Assembly: GCA_964565865.1 (NCBI GenBank)
Contig: CAZMGM010000010.1
Span: 5,897-69,896, forward strand
Source of the DNA: an uncultured Acidobacteriota bacterium
GTDB lineage: Bacteria > Acidobacteriota > UBA6911 > RPQK01 > CBDAPI01
Direction of reading: 5' to 3'
DNA length: 64,000 nt
The notes below the pieces were generated by a model. The model made no database searches. It was not told the origin of the DNA and saw nothing but the letters and a program-made list of their open reading frames with translations. Positions 9,900 through 20,317 of the stretch are shown here, one piece after another. The translations under genes and the position numbers were made by a program. Numbering within the stretch: position 1 is the stretch's first letter; each line of letters opens with the position of its first letter.

Positions 9900-11771
9900 T
9901 TAGTTTTGAAGGTGCTTGCGAGCCTGCACCTGCAGATGGATGTTCAAGACGAAGACGGCAGCCGGCGTGACACCGGGGACCCTAGAGGCCTGTCCCAGGC
10001 TGGCTGGCCGGACTTTGTTCAGGCGCTCCACCATTTCAGAGGAAAGGCCAGGGATGCCAGCGTAATCTAGGTCAACAGGTATGGGCTGGGTTTCCAGGCG
10101 GGTCATTGCCTCCACGTCCTGCTCCTGCTGGCGTATGTATCCCTCGTACTTGACGTGGGTTTCAACGCGCTCTGCTTCCCTCTGCGTAAGTTTATGACCT
10201 TCCTCCGCCAGGATGGCTCGGAAGTCCTCGATCCTGGCTTCGGGCCGCTTGAGCAACTGGCTCAGGGGGGTACCGACTCTGGCCCCGAACTGCCGTTGTA
10301 GGCTGGAGTGCAATCGGGTGCTGCTGCGCAAGTGGTTCCTTCTCAGGTAGTCCTCCACTGCATCGATACGCTCCCACTCTCTTTGATGTCGCTCCAATAC
10401 CCTGGAGTCGATCAATCCCAGGTCCGCTGCCTCCGGCATCAGGCGACGATCTGCGTTGTCGGTTCGCAGCAGCAGCCGGTACTCGGCACGGGAAGTAAAC
10501 ATTCGGTATGGCTCATCCACGCCCTGGGTAACCAGATCGTCGATCAGGATGCCCAGGTAGCTGTTGCTTCGTTTTGGTACCCACGCCGGCTTGCCCTGAA
10601 CTTTTAACGCGGCATTGATACCGGCCACCAGGCCCTGAGCGGCGGCTTCTTCGTATCCGGTTGTGCCGTTGATCTGGCCGGCATGGAAAAGCCCTCCGAG
10701 AACCGTCGTTTCCAGTGTCGGTTTGAGCTGCTGCGGGTTCACAAAGTCGTATTCGACGGCGTAGCCGGGCCGTAGAATCACAGCCTTTTCAAGCCCGGGA
10801 ATCTCAGCGAGCATGTCCCGCTGAACGTCCACCGGCATACTGGTCGAAAGGCCGTTCACGTAGATCGAGTTTCCGTCCAGGCTCTCGAGTTCCAGGAATA
10901 GTTGATGAGAGCTTCGGTTCGAAAACTTGACGATCTTATCTTCAATGGAGGGACAGTAACGAGGGCCGATGCCCACGATTTCACCACTGTAGAGGGGACT
11001 TCGGTGCATGTTGGCCTCTAGGAGATTGTGTACTTTCTGGTTGGTATGGGTAATCCAACACGGGACCTGGGGCTGGGCCACCTCCCGGGTCTGACTGGAG
11101 AAAAACACGGGATTGGCATCTCCTGGCTGAACCTCAAGGCGTCCCAGCGAGACGCTCTCACGGTCCACCCTCGGAGGGGTACCGGTTTTCAGGCGTCCCA
11201 TTTCAAATCCCCTGGCGCGAACGGCATCGGCCAGCCGGAGCGACGCGCGCTCCCCGGATCGTCCCGCATGGAATTGTTGATCTCCCACATGGCACAACCC
11301 ATTGAGAAAGGTTCCTGTTGTCAGAACCATCGCCCCGCACGAGAGTTCCAGGCCGGAGGCAAGCTCGATCCCACACACGGAAGCTCCTTTGACCCGCAGA
11401 CCTGAAACTTCATCCTGCACAAGCGAAAGGTTCGGAATTTTCCGCAGCCAGTCCTGCATGGTCTTGCGGTAGGTCTTTTTGTCGCACTGGGCACGGGGTG
11501 CCCGAACAGCGGGTCCGCGTCGCCGGTTGAGAAGGCGGAACTGGGTGCCGGAACGGTCCGCGACTCGCGGCATCAACCCGCCCATGGCGTCGATTTCACA
11601 GACGAGGTGGCCTTTGGCGATTCCCCCGATCGAAGGATTGCACGACATTTGGGCCACCATGGCCAGGTTGATGGTACAGAGGGCCGTCCGGGCGCCCAGG
11701 CGAGCGGCAGCCGCTGCCGCCTCACAGCCGGCGTGGCCTCCGCCAATGACAACCACATCAAAATCGGGCAC
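9900..11771 (-). CDS. mnmG: tRNA uridine 5-carboxymethylaminomethyl modification enzyme
   Basis: [51 protein letters not shown]. Confidence 0.97.
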   Translation of the reverse strand: MPDFDVVVIGGGHAGCEAAAAAARLGARTALCTINLAMVAQMSCNPSIGGIAKGHLVCEIDAMGGLMPRVADRSGTQFRLLNRRRGPAVRAPRAQCDKKTYRKTMQDWLRKIPNLSLVQDEVSGLRVKGASVCGIELASGLELSCGAMVLTTGTFLNGLCHVGDQQFHAGRSGERASLRLADAVRARGFEMGRLKTGTPPRVDRESVSLGRLEVQPGDANPVFFSSQTREVAQPQVPCWITHTNQKVHNLLEANMHRSPLYSGEIVGIGPRYCPSIEDKIVKFSNRSSHQLFLELESLDGNSIYVNGLSTSMPVDVQRDMLAEIPGLEKAVILRPGYAVEYDFVNPQQLKPTLETTVLGGLFHAGQINGTTGYEEAAAQGLVAGINAALKVQGKPAWVPKRSNSYLGILIDDLVTQGVDEPYRMFTSRAEYRLLLRTDNADRRLMPEAADLGLIDSRVLERHQREWERIDAVEDYLRRNHLRSSTRLHSSLQRQFGARVGTPLSQLLKRPEARIEDFRAILAEEGHKLTQREAERVETHVKYEGYIRQQEQDVEAMTRLETQPIPVDLDYAGIPGLSSEMVERLNKVRPASLGQASRVPGVTPAAVFVLNIHLQVQARKHLQN

Positions 11772-11850
11772 GGGTACCTGCTTTCTCCAGGGACATTATA
11801 TTCATTTGCGTATCACCTGGCGCCATTCCTAGATGCTCTATAATGAACGC

Positions 11851-12894
11851 ATGATTTTTCGTCGCAAGAAGAGATTGACGGAACTCGTTGACTGCGCGGG
11901 CTGAGCTTCAAAGCTGGCACCGGGAGTGCTGCAAAAAGCTCTGAAGGATCTGCCTGGGACATTGGACGCCGATGTGCTGGTTGGCTTCGAAACTGCCGAC
12001 GACGCCGGCGTGTATCGAATTGACGAAGAGCGGGCCCTTGTTCAGAGTGTCGATTTCTTCACGCCCATCGTCGACGACCCGTTTGTCTACGGCCAGATCG
12101 CTGCGGCCAATGCCCTGAGCGATATTTATGCCATGGGAGGGACGCCCCGCTTCGCTCTTTCCATTGTCGGATTTCCCGAGGACGACCTCGACGTGGAGAC
12201 GCTTCGCCAGATTCTCAGGGGTGGCGCAGAGAAGATGCGTGAAGCCGGAGTCCCCGTCATAGGCGGGCATTCCGTCAAAGATCCCGAAATGAAGTTTGGC
12301 TATGTGGTTACAGGGCTGGCTCATCCGGAGCGGCTCTACCTCAACCGGGGGCTGCTCCCCGGGGATTCCCTGATTCTCACCAAGCCGATTGGTACCGGAA
12401 TCATCGCAACAGCAATCAAATATGGGAAATGCCCCGAGGAAGCCCTCAGGGAAGCGACGCAATGGATGCTGACTCTTAATCGAGACGCCGCGTTTCATTT
12501 GGGAGGTTCCGAAGTCCACGCGGTGACCGACGTCACGGGTTTTGGCTTGCTTGGACATGCTTTCGAGATGGCGATCGCAAGTGGGGTGTGTCTCGAGATA
12601 GAGGCAGCCGAAGTACCCCTGCTCACGGGTGTAGAGCGACTGGCCCAGCGCGGGCTACTTCCCGGAGGGATTGAATCAAACAGACACTACCTGGGTGGAG
12701 CGGTTCAGTGGGGAAACACCCGGTCCCTGATCCAGAAAATCCTTCTCGACCCACAAACGTCTGGAGGCCTTCTCATCGGTCTGCCCCCGAATGAGGCGTC
12801 CCGTCTCCTGGAAAAGCTGGCGGCCGCGCAGGTCTTCGGACAATGCATCGGTGCGGTCGTGAATCGGTCCACTCACTACCTTTCAGTTCAATAA
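11851..12894 (+). CDS. selD: Selenophosphate synthetase, selenocysteine-containing (UGA at 11902-11904)
   Basis: MIFRRKKRLTELVDCAG-TGA-ASKLAPG is in frame with the downstream DDAGVY, DFFTP, ANALSDIYAMGG and DPQTSGGLL motifs. TGA falls at the catalytic Cys/Sec position. Confidence 0.93.
11903..11941 (+). promoter_or_regulatory. Putative bacterial SECIS element of selD
   Basis: Upper stem GGCAC/GTGCT with loop CGGGA starting 17 nt after UGA; lower stem GAGCTT/AAGCTC. Confidence 0.6.
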
Positions 12895-12906
12895 GGCGTC
12901 CCGCTC

Positions 12907-14007
12907 GTGAGTCGCGAAAAACCCCGAACCATCCGCCTGCCGGTCTCCGGCTCCCGCTTTGTAGAGCAGCTTCTGACATGGTACGAGGGGGCCAAGCGGG
13001 ATCTTCCCTGGAGAGGTCAGTCCGACGCATATCGGATCTGGCTGGCCGAGACCATGTTGCAACAAACCCGGATTGCGACGATGCTGCCCTACTATCGACG
13101 CTTTATCGGGCTGTTTCCGACGGTTCAGGATCTGGCCCGGGCCGAGCGGGAGCAGGTGGTGGGTGCGTGGTCCGGGCTCGGCTATTACCGGAGAGCCGAG
13201 AATCTGTGGAGGGCCTCGCGCGTTATCTGCCGGGAACACGGGGGTCAGTTCCCAGCTGAGCGCAAAGCAGCATTGGCTCTGCCGGGGGTCGGCGTCTACA
13301 CTGCAGGTGCCGTGCTTTCCATCGCGTATGGTCTTCCTGAGGCAATTCTAGATGGTAATGTAAGACGAGTTCTGGCGCGCCTCCTTTGCATTGACGAGGT
13401 AAACGCTGAAGTGAAAAGAAATTTTCAGAGGTTGCTCGACAACCTTGTCAGGACTCCTGCGGTCGCGCGTCGCGTTGAGAGCTTCAATCAGGCTCTCATG
13501 GAGCTGGGAGCCCTGGTCTGCACACCCCGTAGCCCCAGCTGCAAGGACTGCCCTTTTCAACAGTGTTGCCGGGGCCGGCAGGCAGGTGTCCAGGAAGAAA
13601 TTCCCACCCCTAGAAAAAAGCGGCCAACCGAGCAGCACCGCTTTATCAGTGCCATTGTTCTGGACGAAAGGGCGAGAGCACTCCTCGCCAGGAACCATAA
13701 GGGGCCGTACTTGCAGGGATTGTGGGAATTCCCAAAGGTCAAATCAGGACCGAGCGGGTTGTACGAGTCGTTTCTTTCCGAGCACCAGCTGCATCTTCGC
13801 CCCGTTGGCCAATTGGAAGAGATTAGGCATCAAGTCACATATCGAAAACTGAGGTTCGAACCCGTTGTCTGTGAGCTTCTCGAGCCCCACGGGGATCGCC
13901 CGGGATGGATGTGGGCGGATCCGTACCGAATTTCAATTCCGACCTCCAGTTATGTCCAGAAGATCTGGCAACGATATTGCTCGTGGGCAGCCACCGAGAT
14001 AGGCTGA
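12907..14007 (+). CDS. mutY: A/G-specific adenine glycosylase
   Basis: RDLPWR, MLQQT, WSGLGYYRRA, LPGVGVYTA, 4Fe-4S motif CTPRSPSCKDCPFQQCC. Confidence 0.95.
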   Translation: MSREKPRTIRLPVSGSRFVEQLLTWYEGAKRDLPWRGQSDAYRIWLAETMLQQTRIATMLPYYRRFIGLFPTVQDLARAEREQVVGAWSGLGYYRRAENLWRASRVICREHGGQFPAERKAALALPGVGVYTAGAVLSIAYGLPEAILDGNVRRVLARLLCIDEVNAEVKRNFQRLLDNLVRTPAVARRVESFNQALMELGALVCTPRSPSCKDCPFQQCCRGRQAGVQEEIPTPRKKRPTEQHRFISAIVLDERARALLARNHKGPYLQGLWEFPKVKSGPSGLYESFLSEHQLHLRPVGQLEEIRHQVTYRKLRFEPVVCELLEPHGDRPGWMWADPYRISIPTSSYVQKIWQRYCSWAATEIG

Positions 14008-14086
14008 AAACGACGCTGGAGGTCGGGATCGCTGGCATCTCCAGGCGTGCGCTCAGCGCCGACCCGGGAAAGGCTATAATCGCTGT

Positions 14087-15040
14087 ATGTCGGCATGCTG
14101 CAGAGCAGCTTTAGTTGCGCTTGTGCCGGTTCTTACCTGGGTGCCGGCCGTGGGTCAGGGATGCAGTCTCCCACGAAGAATTGCCGACCCCCAGACCATT
14201 GAGCTGCCCTCGGGTTCCCGAGTCGAGTTTCACACATTTCGTTCCAGGTCGCTGAAGAAGGACCTGGGGTACAGCGTGTTCCTGCCAGCCAGCTATGATT
14301 CGAAGGGAACCACGTATCCCGTAGTTTACTTTCTACACGGGATGAACAATGACCACACAAGCTGGTGTGCTAGTCGCTATGGGAATCTGCCGGAGATTGT
14401 GGACGAAACAATCCGCGAACAGCACCTTCCTGAGTTCGTCATGCTGCATCCCTCTGGAGAGCAGGGATACTATACGGACAGTGCCGACGGCAAGGCTCTG
14501 TACGAGCGTGCCTTCCAAGATGATTTCATCACCGCTATGGAGAGCAGGTATCGCATTCGGAGTGATCCGCAGGGTCGTGCTATCGGTGGAACCTCTATGG
14601 GCGGTTACGGAGCACTCAAACTGGCCTTCAAGCATTCTCATTTTTACTCTGCGGTAGCAGCCGGCTCGCCAATCGTGCTGGTAGGCGACGACCCGGCGCA
14701 ATTGCTGGGTGGTGAAGATTCGCGACGCTCTCAACTCTTTTCCCAACTGCTCCACAAAGTCTACGGAAACCCCGTCGATGAGCGGCACTGGCAAAAGAAC
14801 CGCCTGGCAAATCTGGTCAGCGGAAATCTGAACGGGTTACGGGTGATGGTGCTGTACGGAACTGCGGATCGGTACAATGGTGTCATTCCAATGGAAGACG
14901 GCATTCGCCACCTGGGCGGGATAATGGAGTCCCGGAACGTCGACTACGAGCTCCACATATACGATGAAGAGCCCCACGGCTGGGGGTTGGTAATGGCCCA
15001 CCTGCCCCAGATTCTGGAATTTTTGTCCAGCAGCTTTTAG
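14087..15040 (+). CDS. Secreted alpha/beta-hydrolase esterase (putative esterase/CE1-like)
   Basis: Signal-like N-terminus, YPVVYFLHG, GTSMGG nucleophile elbow, C-terminal HGW. Confidence 0.85.
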   Translation: MSACCRAALVALVPVLTWVPAVGQGCSLPRRIADPQTIELPSGSRVEFHTFRSRSLKKDLGYSVFLPASYDSKGTTYPVVYFLHGMNNDHTSWCASRYGNLPEIVDETIREQHLPEFVMLHPSGEQGYYTDSADGKALYERAFQDDFITAMESRYRIRSDPQGRAIGGTSMGGYGALKLAFKHSHFYSAVAAGSPIVLVGDDPAQLLGGEDSRRSQLFSQLLHKVYGNPVDERHWQKNRLANLVSGNLNGLRVMVLYGTADRYNGVIPMEDGIRHLGGIMESRNVDYELHIYDEEPHGWGLVMAHLPQILEFLSSSF

Positions 15041-15218
15041 ACGGAACAAGCGAGAGTCGGTTGCCGGCCCAGAAATTCTTGCCCCGACGCTTGTTACACG
15101 CTTCCGCTTGCGGGCCTGGACCATACCCCTTATCGGAAGAAGACCCCCCTGCTGCGAAGACCCATGAAAAATACTTTGAGGTGGTTTCCAGCTGGGGGAG
15201 GATAGGAGACAAGAGATT

Positions 15219-16400
15219 CTAGTTTATGGACAGGAGGCCGGGATTCTCTAGGTAGGAGATAACGTCTCCAAGAAAAGCTGCCCCCACAATACCGTCGACG
15301 ACCCGGTGGTCGAGTGAAAGGCTCAGGTTCATCATGTGTCTTACCACCACTTCCCCATCCCGGACCACCGGACGCTCCTCGATCTTGTGAACTGCTAGGA
15401 TTGCGACTTCTGGATAGTTGATGATCGGTGTTGCCAGAACCCCTCCTAGGGAACCCAAGCTGGTGATTGTGAAGGTTCCGTCGCGCAGGTCCTCGACTCT
15501 GATCGTTCCCTCCCGGGCCTGCTGGGCCAGGGATCGAATCACCTTAGAGATCTCGAGAACATTTTTTTTGTCAGCTTTTTTGACCACCGGGACAACCAGT
15601 CCTTCCCGAGTGGCGGTGGCCACGCCAATGTTCAAGGAACGCTGGAATCGAATCAGCTTTTTTTCCTCGTCCAGAGTGGAATTAAGGAGGGGATGTTTCT
15701 TGAGTCCCGCTGCACAGGCTTTGATGATGAAGGGAAGGTAGTGGATATCGTGTCCGTCGTGGTGGCGTCTGAACTCGGAGCGCAGGTGCACAAGAAAAGT
15801 TGCGTCTACTTCTTCCACATACGTATAGTGCGGAGCAAATCTTTTGGCAGCTAGAAGATGATCCCCGATTTTCTTACGGACTCCCCGGTAGGGTATCGAG
15901 TCCGCCGCACCGCCGCACTCCCCAGGACTATTCGGTTTTTGACCCATGGCACACTCAACATCCTGTCGCGTGATCCTGCCCTCGGTGCCGGTTCCGTGAA
16001 AGCCGGCCAGATCGACTCCCATTTCTCGGGCGAAGCGCCTCACCGCCGGGGTGGCCAGGTTCTTGCCCTGTTTCTGGCCGCGAACTGGAACCTGTTCAAT
16101 GCGTGTTCGGACCTCTTCCGCTTCAACCCCGGAAGCGGAAGAGGCATGGCCCGGACCACCCCCCTCAGCGGCGATGACGACGAGCGTCGCGCCCACGGCG
16201 ATGATGTCGCCCTCACTGCCTATTGTTTCCAGCACTTCACCTTTGACCGGTGAAGGGATTTCGATGGTGGCCTTGTCCGTCATTACCTCGACCATTGGCT
16301 GGTCCTCTTCTAGCTGGTCACCGCCCTGGATCAGCCAGTGGATAATCTCACCTTCGATCACTCCTTCACCAATATCGGGAAGCTTGAATTCGTACGGCAT
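15219..16400 (-). CDS. 2-oxoacid dehydrogenase E2 dihydrolipoamide acyltransferase
   Basis: Lipoyl domain EVMTDKA, ATPAVRR E3-binding domain, DHRVVDG. Confidence 0.93.
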   Translation of the reverse strand: MPYEFKLPDIGEGVIEGEIIHWLIQGGDQLEEDQPMVEVMTDKATIEIPSPVKGEVLETIGSEGDIIAVGATLVVIAAEGGGPGHASSASGVEAEEVRTRIEQVPVRGQKQGKNLATPAVRRFAREMGVDLAGFHGTGTEGRITRQDVECAMGQKPNSPGECGGAADSIPYRGVRKKIGDHLLAAKRFAPHYTYVEEVDATFLVHLRSEFRRHHDGHDIHYLPFIIKACAAGLKKHPLLNSTLDEEKKLIRFQRSLNIGVATATREGLVVPVVKKADKKNVLEISKVIRSLAQQAREGTIRVEDLRDGTFTITSLGSLGGVLATPIINYPEVAILAVHKIEERPVVRDGEVVVRHMMNLSLSLDHRVVDGIVGAAFLGDVISYLENPGLLSIN

Positions 16401-16411
16401 GGGAACACGAT

Positions 16412-17389
16412 TCAAAATGCAAGACTGTCCCGGGCGGCACTCAAGATCCGCGCCGGGGTCGGCAGGTAGTCTTCCTCAAGGGCATAGGGGAAGGGGGTGT
16501 CGAAACCGGTAACACGGTATACGGGGGCTTCCAGGTGCAGGAGCACCTTTTCAGTAATCGTGGCAGCCAGCTCGGCCCCGAACCCACAGGTCCTGGGGGC
16601 TTCATGGGTGATGATCGCGCGGCCGGTCTTTTTTACCGACGCCAGCAGGGTCTGGACATCATATGGGACCAGAGTCCTGAGGTCGATCACTTCAATGGCC
16701 GCCCCCAGAAGTTCCTCTGCCCGCTCCGCCGCCGCCATCGACACCGGCACCATGGCTCCGTAGCAGATCAGCGTTAAATCGGTTCCGCTCCGAACGACTT
16801 TGGCTGTTCCAAGCTCGATTTTGTAAGCCTCCTCGGGAACTTCTCCCTGGGCCGAACGATAGAGCTTTTTCGGCTCCATGAATAAAACCGGATTGTCGTC
16901 GCGGATAGAAGCTGCTAGCAGTCCTTTTGCCTCGTAAGGATTAGAGGGAATCACGACCTTTAGTCCGGGAGTGTGGGCAAAGTAGGCCTCGGGGCTTTGC
17001 GAGTGGTAATGCCCACCTCGGATACCTCCGCCGTAAGGAGTTCGGATCACCATGGGGCAGGCCATTTGACCACCGGAGCGATAGCGTAGCTTGGAGACCT
17101 CGTTCACGATCTGATCAAAGGCGGGATAGATGAAGTCTGCAAACTGGACTTCGGGAACAGGCCGAAGGCCGTAGATGGCCATGCCCACCGCGGCTCCCAC
17201 GATACCGTTTTCGGATAGCGGTGTGTCAAAAACACGCTGGTCCCCGAACTCGTTCTGCAGATTGGCTGTTGCCCGAAAGACACCCCCAAATTGCCCGACG
17301 TCTTCTCCGAAGACGACAACTTTCTGATCGCGCTGAAGCTCGCAGCGCAACCCCGAGTTCACGGCCTGGATGATATTCATTCGTGGCAT
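16412..17389 (-). CDS. 2-oxoacid dehydrogenase E1 beta subunit (branched-chain/pyruvate type)
   Basis: GEDVG, DTPLSE, EVQFADF, HSQSPEA. Confidence 0.94.
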   Translation of the reverse strand: MPRMNIIQAVNSGLRCELQRDQKVVVFGEDVGQFGGVFRATANLQNEFGDQRVFDTPLSENGIVGAAVGMAIYGLRPVPEVQFADFIYPAFDQIVNEVSKLRYRSGGQMACPMVIRTPYGGGIRGGHYHSQSPEAYFAHTPGLKVVIPSNPYEAKGLLAASIRDDNPVLFMEPKKLYRSAQGEVPEEAYKIELGTAKVVRSGTDLTLICYGAMVPVSMAAAERAEELLGAAIEVIDLRTLVPYDVQTLLASVKKTGRAIITHEAPRTCGFGAELAATITEKVLLHLEAPVYRVTGFDTPFPYALEEDYLPTPARILSAARDSLAF

Positions 17390-17398
17390 GTCAGGGAC

Positions 17399-18499
17399 TC
17401 AAACTTGCTGTTTCACGGTCAATGGTTGCTTGGTGTTCCGCAACTCTGCCCATTGCTCTTGAAGGTGCCAAGGAATCTCATCGTAAACATCGGAAAACAA
17501 ACTCTCCAGCTTGGGCGGGGAGACAGCCTCGGCTTTGCGGAGTGCCGCAAGAATTCGGTCGCGTGTTTCGGCCTCCAGGTTGTGGTCCTCGTTTTCGCTC
17601 CACACGCCCTCGCGGATGAGGTAGGCCCGGAGCCGTTTCAGCGGGTCCTGCTGTGCCCAGGCCTGGACTTCCTCTTCCGGTCGATATGCCCTTGGATCAT
17701 CTGAAGTCGAGTGCCCTCTCATTCGATAAGTGACTGCCTCGACCAAGGTCGGTCCCTTGCCTTTTCGGGCCCTCTCTGCGGCATTCCGAGTCTCCCGGTA
17801 GACTGCCAGGAAGTCGTTACCATCCACGCGGACCCCGTTGAACCCGTATGCCGCTGCTTTTGCTGAAAGGGACGCGGCGGCAGTCTGCCTTTCTACTGGG
17901 ACCGAAATGGCCCACTGGTTGTTCCGGCACAAAAACACCACGGGAGCCTTCATGGCTCCAGCGAAGTTGGCAGCAGCGTGAAAGTCGCCTGTAGAGGTAG
18001 CCCCGTCACCAAAATAGACCAGAACTACGTCCGGCTTACCGGTGATTTTGGCAGCGATCGCCACACCGGTCGCATGAGGGATCTGTGTTCCAACGGGGCT
18101 GGAGACCGAAGAGTAACAGAGTAGGGGAAGCGCGTAGTGATTGGGCATTTGACGACCCTTGCTTGCATCCTCACTGGTCCCGAAGAGTTGACTGCAAAGG
18201 TCCTGGATCGAAAAGCCCCTGAGCAAGGCGGCTCCCAGTTCCCGGTAACAAGGGAATATCCAATCACTGGATTGCAGAGCCGCCGCGCTTCCGATGATGG
18301 CCGCTTCTTCGCCGATCGAGGCCACATAGAAACCGATTCGGCCTTGGCGTTGGAGGGTGATCATGCGCTCATCAATGCGGCGATTGAGCACCATCAGGCG
18401 ATACATTTCGACCAGTCGTTCCCTGCCGAGTCCGGGGAGATCGGCATCATCTTGGACTATTCCTTCAGCGTCCAGAATCTGGAGCATTGGTGTAGTCAT
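17399..18499 (-). CDS. 2-oxoacid dehydrogenase E1 alpha subunit (branched-chain/pyruvate type)
   Basis: LQRQGRIGFY, GDGATS...NN TPP motif, HSTSDDP. Confidence 0.94.
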   Translation of the reverse strand: MTTPMLQILDAEGIVQDDADLPGLGRERLVEMYRLMVLNRRIDERMITLQRQGRIGFYVASIGEEAAIIGSAAALQSSDWIFPCYRELGAALLRGFSIQDLCSQLFGTSEDASKGRQMPNHYALPLLCYSSVSSPVGTQIPHATGVAIAAKITGKPDVVLVYFGDGATSTGDFHAAANFAGAMKAPVVFLCRNNQWAISVPVERQTAAASLSAKAAAYGFNGVRVDGNDFLAVYRETRNAAERARKGKGPTLVEAVTYRMRGHSTSDDPRAYRPEEEVQAWAQQDPLKRLRAYLIREGVWSENEDHNLEAETRDRILAALRKAEAVSPPKLESLFSDVYDEIPWHLQEQWAELRNTKQPLTVKQQV

Positions 18500-19132
18500 G
18501 GCCTGAATTATATCCCCCTTCCCGCCTTAGTGTAAAAGAAACTGGAGGTATAGGAGGTTCCCTTTGGCCCACCTCGAGTTGCTATTGTTTTTCAAAGAGT
18601 TGCTGGAGAGAGAGAAGGGTAAGGATCAGAATAGCCTTTTCCTGCCAGCGTTTCATCGGCTCCCTTTTTGACGCGCCGTCGGACGAATCCAAGCGGCTCC
18701 ATTCCTGCGAGGTTCTTACATTGGGCGGACCGGAAAACCCCGAAAAACCGAAGGCAGTAAAACGATCTGGCCGGCCCAGGGAGGAACGACGACGAACCTT
18801 GAAGATTCAGTCGGCTGTGTGCGATTCTGGGGCATGGATTTAGACGTGACTCGAACGCTTGCAGTGTTGTTCCCACCTCACCCCCCATTGAAGTGATTGG
18901 ACTACTATCGCAGTGGGAGAACCCTTCCGGGCACCCTGGGGGGGACTACTATCGGCGTAGTGAACAAGTGGCAAATAGCTTGTGGAAAACGGCCGGGGCA
19001 CCGGATTGATAATCTCGATAAATATTCACTGGATACAGATATTTAGCCTATACTAAAACGTGAATGTTAGGGCTCGAACCGAGTCCACATATTTTCTCCG
19101 GAACTGTGAAAATTCTGTGTTATGATACTGCC

Positions 19133-19417
19133 ATGCGGCTCAGGCGTGCTTCGCGGGGGGGGGAAAGTCGGAAGTTACCAGAGTCAAGATCTGAGAGAAA
19201 TCTGGCAGTTGCAATTCTGCGCCAGGCGTGGCACGAAGCCGTGATGGATTTGAGGTCTGTCAAAGAGACTTCAAGAAACGATTACAGGTTGCTCAAGAAG
19301 AAGGCGATTGAGTGGATTAGCACGGATGAGTCCGGGTTTCCTTACTGGTGTAAGCTGGCGGATGTGGACCACCTGGCAGTGAGGCAACGCCTTTGCGACT
19401 CGGTCACCGAGTATTAG
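19133..19417 (+). CDS. Small hypothetical protein
   Basis: Protein-like ORF (ERNLAVAILRQAWHEA...FPYWCKLADVD) with an extended -10 TGTTATGAT 6 nt before the ATG. Confidence 0.6.
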   Translation: MRLRRASRGGESRKLPESRSERNLAVAILRQAWHEAVMDLRSVKETSRNDYRLLKKKAIEWISTDESGFPYWCKLADVDHLAVRQRLCDSVTEY

Positions 19418-19620
19418 AGCCCTTGGTTAGAATCCCCCCCAGAGTCGATCGCCGCTTGCTGCTGCTGGCGCTATTGGCCCCCGATGGCTGGACAGGGTGC
19501 CCCTGCTGCTGTGACCAATGACCTCCGGCTCTCCTGGGGTGAGAATTCACGAGGGGATGCGCTAGCAGGCAGCTCCAGGCTGGGGTCTGAGGCCGGGGTA
19601 TCCGATGGAAGGAGCGGCGG

Positions 19621-19860
19621 TCACTTTTCCAGCAGGTTCTTCAACTCCTTGGGTTCGGGAAAGCGTCCTGTTTCCAGTTTCGAGAAGACCAGAGAATCGT
19701 CGAGACTAACCTCGAAACGCCCTCCCCCGGAAGGAACCAGAGTCAGCGCTGCAAGTTCTTTTCTGTAGTGGGACAGTAGCTCCAGCGCCATCCAGGCGGC
19801 TCTTGCTGTGTACTTTCAATCGTCGCAGTAGATGATTTCGATGCGTTTTCCGGCAAGCAT
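19621..19860 (-). CDS. SelT/SelW/SelH (Rdx) family selenoprotein, CxxU motif (UGA at 19816-19818)
   Basis: Manual translation: MLAGKRIEIIYCDD-U-KYTARAAWMALELLSHYRKELAALTLVPSGGGRFEVSLDDSLVFSKLETGRFPEPKELKNLLEK. AAGGAG RBS upstream. Confidence 0.92.
19773..19815 (-). promoter_or_regulatory. Putative SECIS element of the Rdx selenoprotein
   Basis: mRNA hairpin CGCC-UGGAU-GGCG 18 nt after UGA, with lower ACAG/CUGU pairing. Confidence 0.55.
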
Positions 19861-20006
19861 AATTCTCCTTGCTGTGCTATGCCAATGATCTGAACTTTCT
19901 CGCAACCATCCTAGCAGATCGGCTTATACGTTGTTCGGTCCGGCCCATGGGGACGAGAACATTGCTCCGCTCAACCGGGATACCATATAATTTGTATTCC
20001 CCTGGT

Positions 20007-20084
20007 GGGGTCGTAGTTCAGTTTGGTTAGAACGCCGGCCTGTCACGCCGGAGGTCGCGAGTTCGAGTCTCGTCGGCCCCGCCA
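20007..20084 (+). tRNA. tRNA-Asp (GTC)
   Basis: GGGGTCG...CCGGCCTGTCACGCCGG...GTTCGAGTC...CGGCCCCGCCA cloverleaf. Confidence 0.97.
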
Positions 20085-20317
20085 CTAACCCCTTGATGTG
20101 CGTGCCTTGATCCAGATTAAATCTTTCCACAGTTCTCGCCACCGAGGAGAATGAAGATCGTCCAGCGCTCATCAGACGGTGGGTGATCAAGGGCAGGTTG
20201 GATTATAAGAGGAAATGCGGAGCCTGCGCACTTTACGGCTACCAGGTGTACCGCACCATCCTGTTTTTCCACGGAGGCTTTTCAGCGGGAAAAGCGCTGC
20301 TCCTTTTTCTCCAGCCG

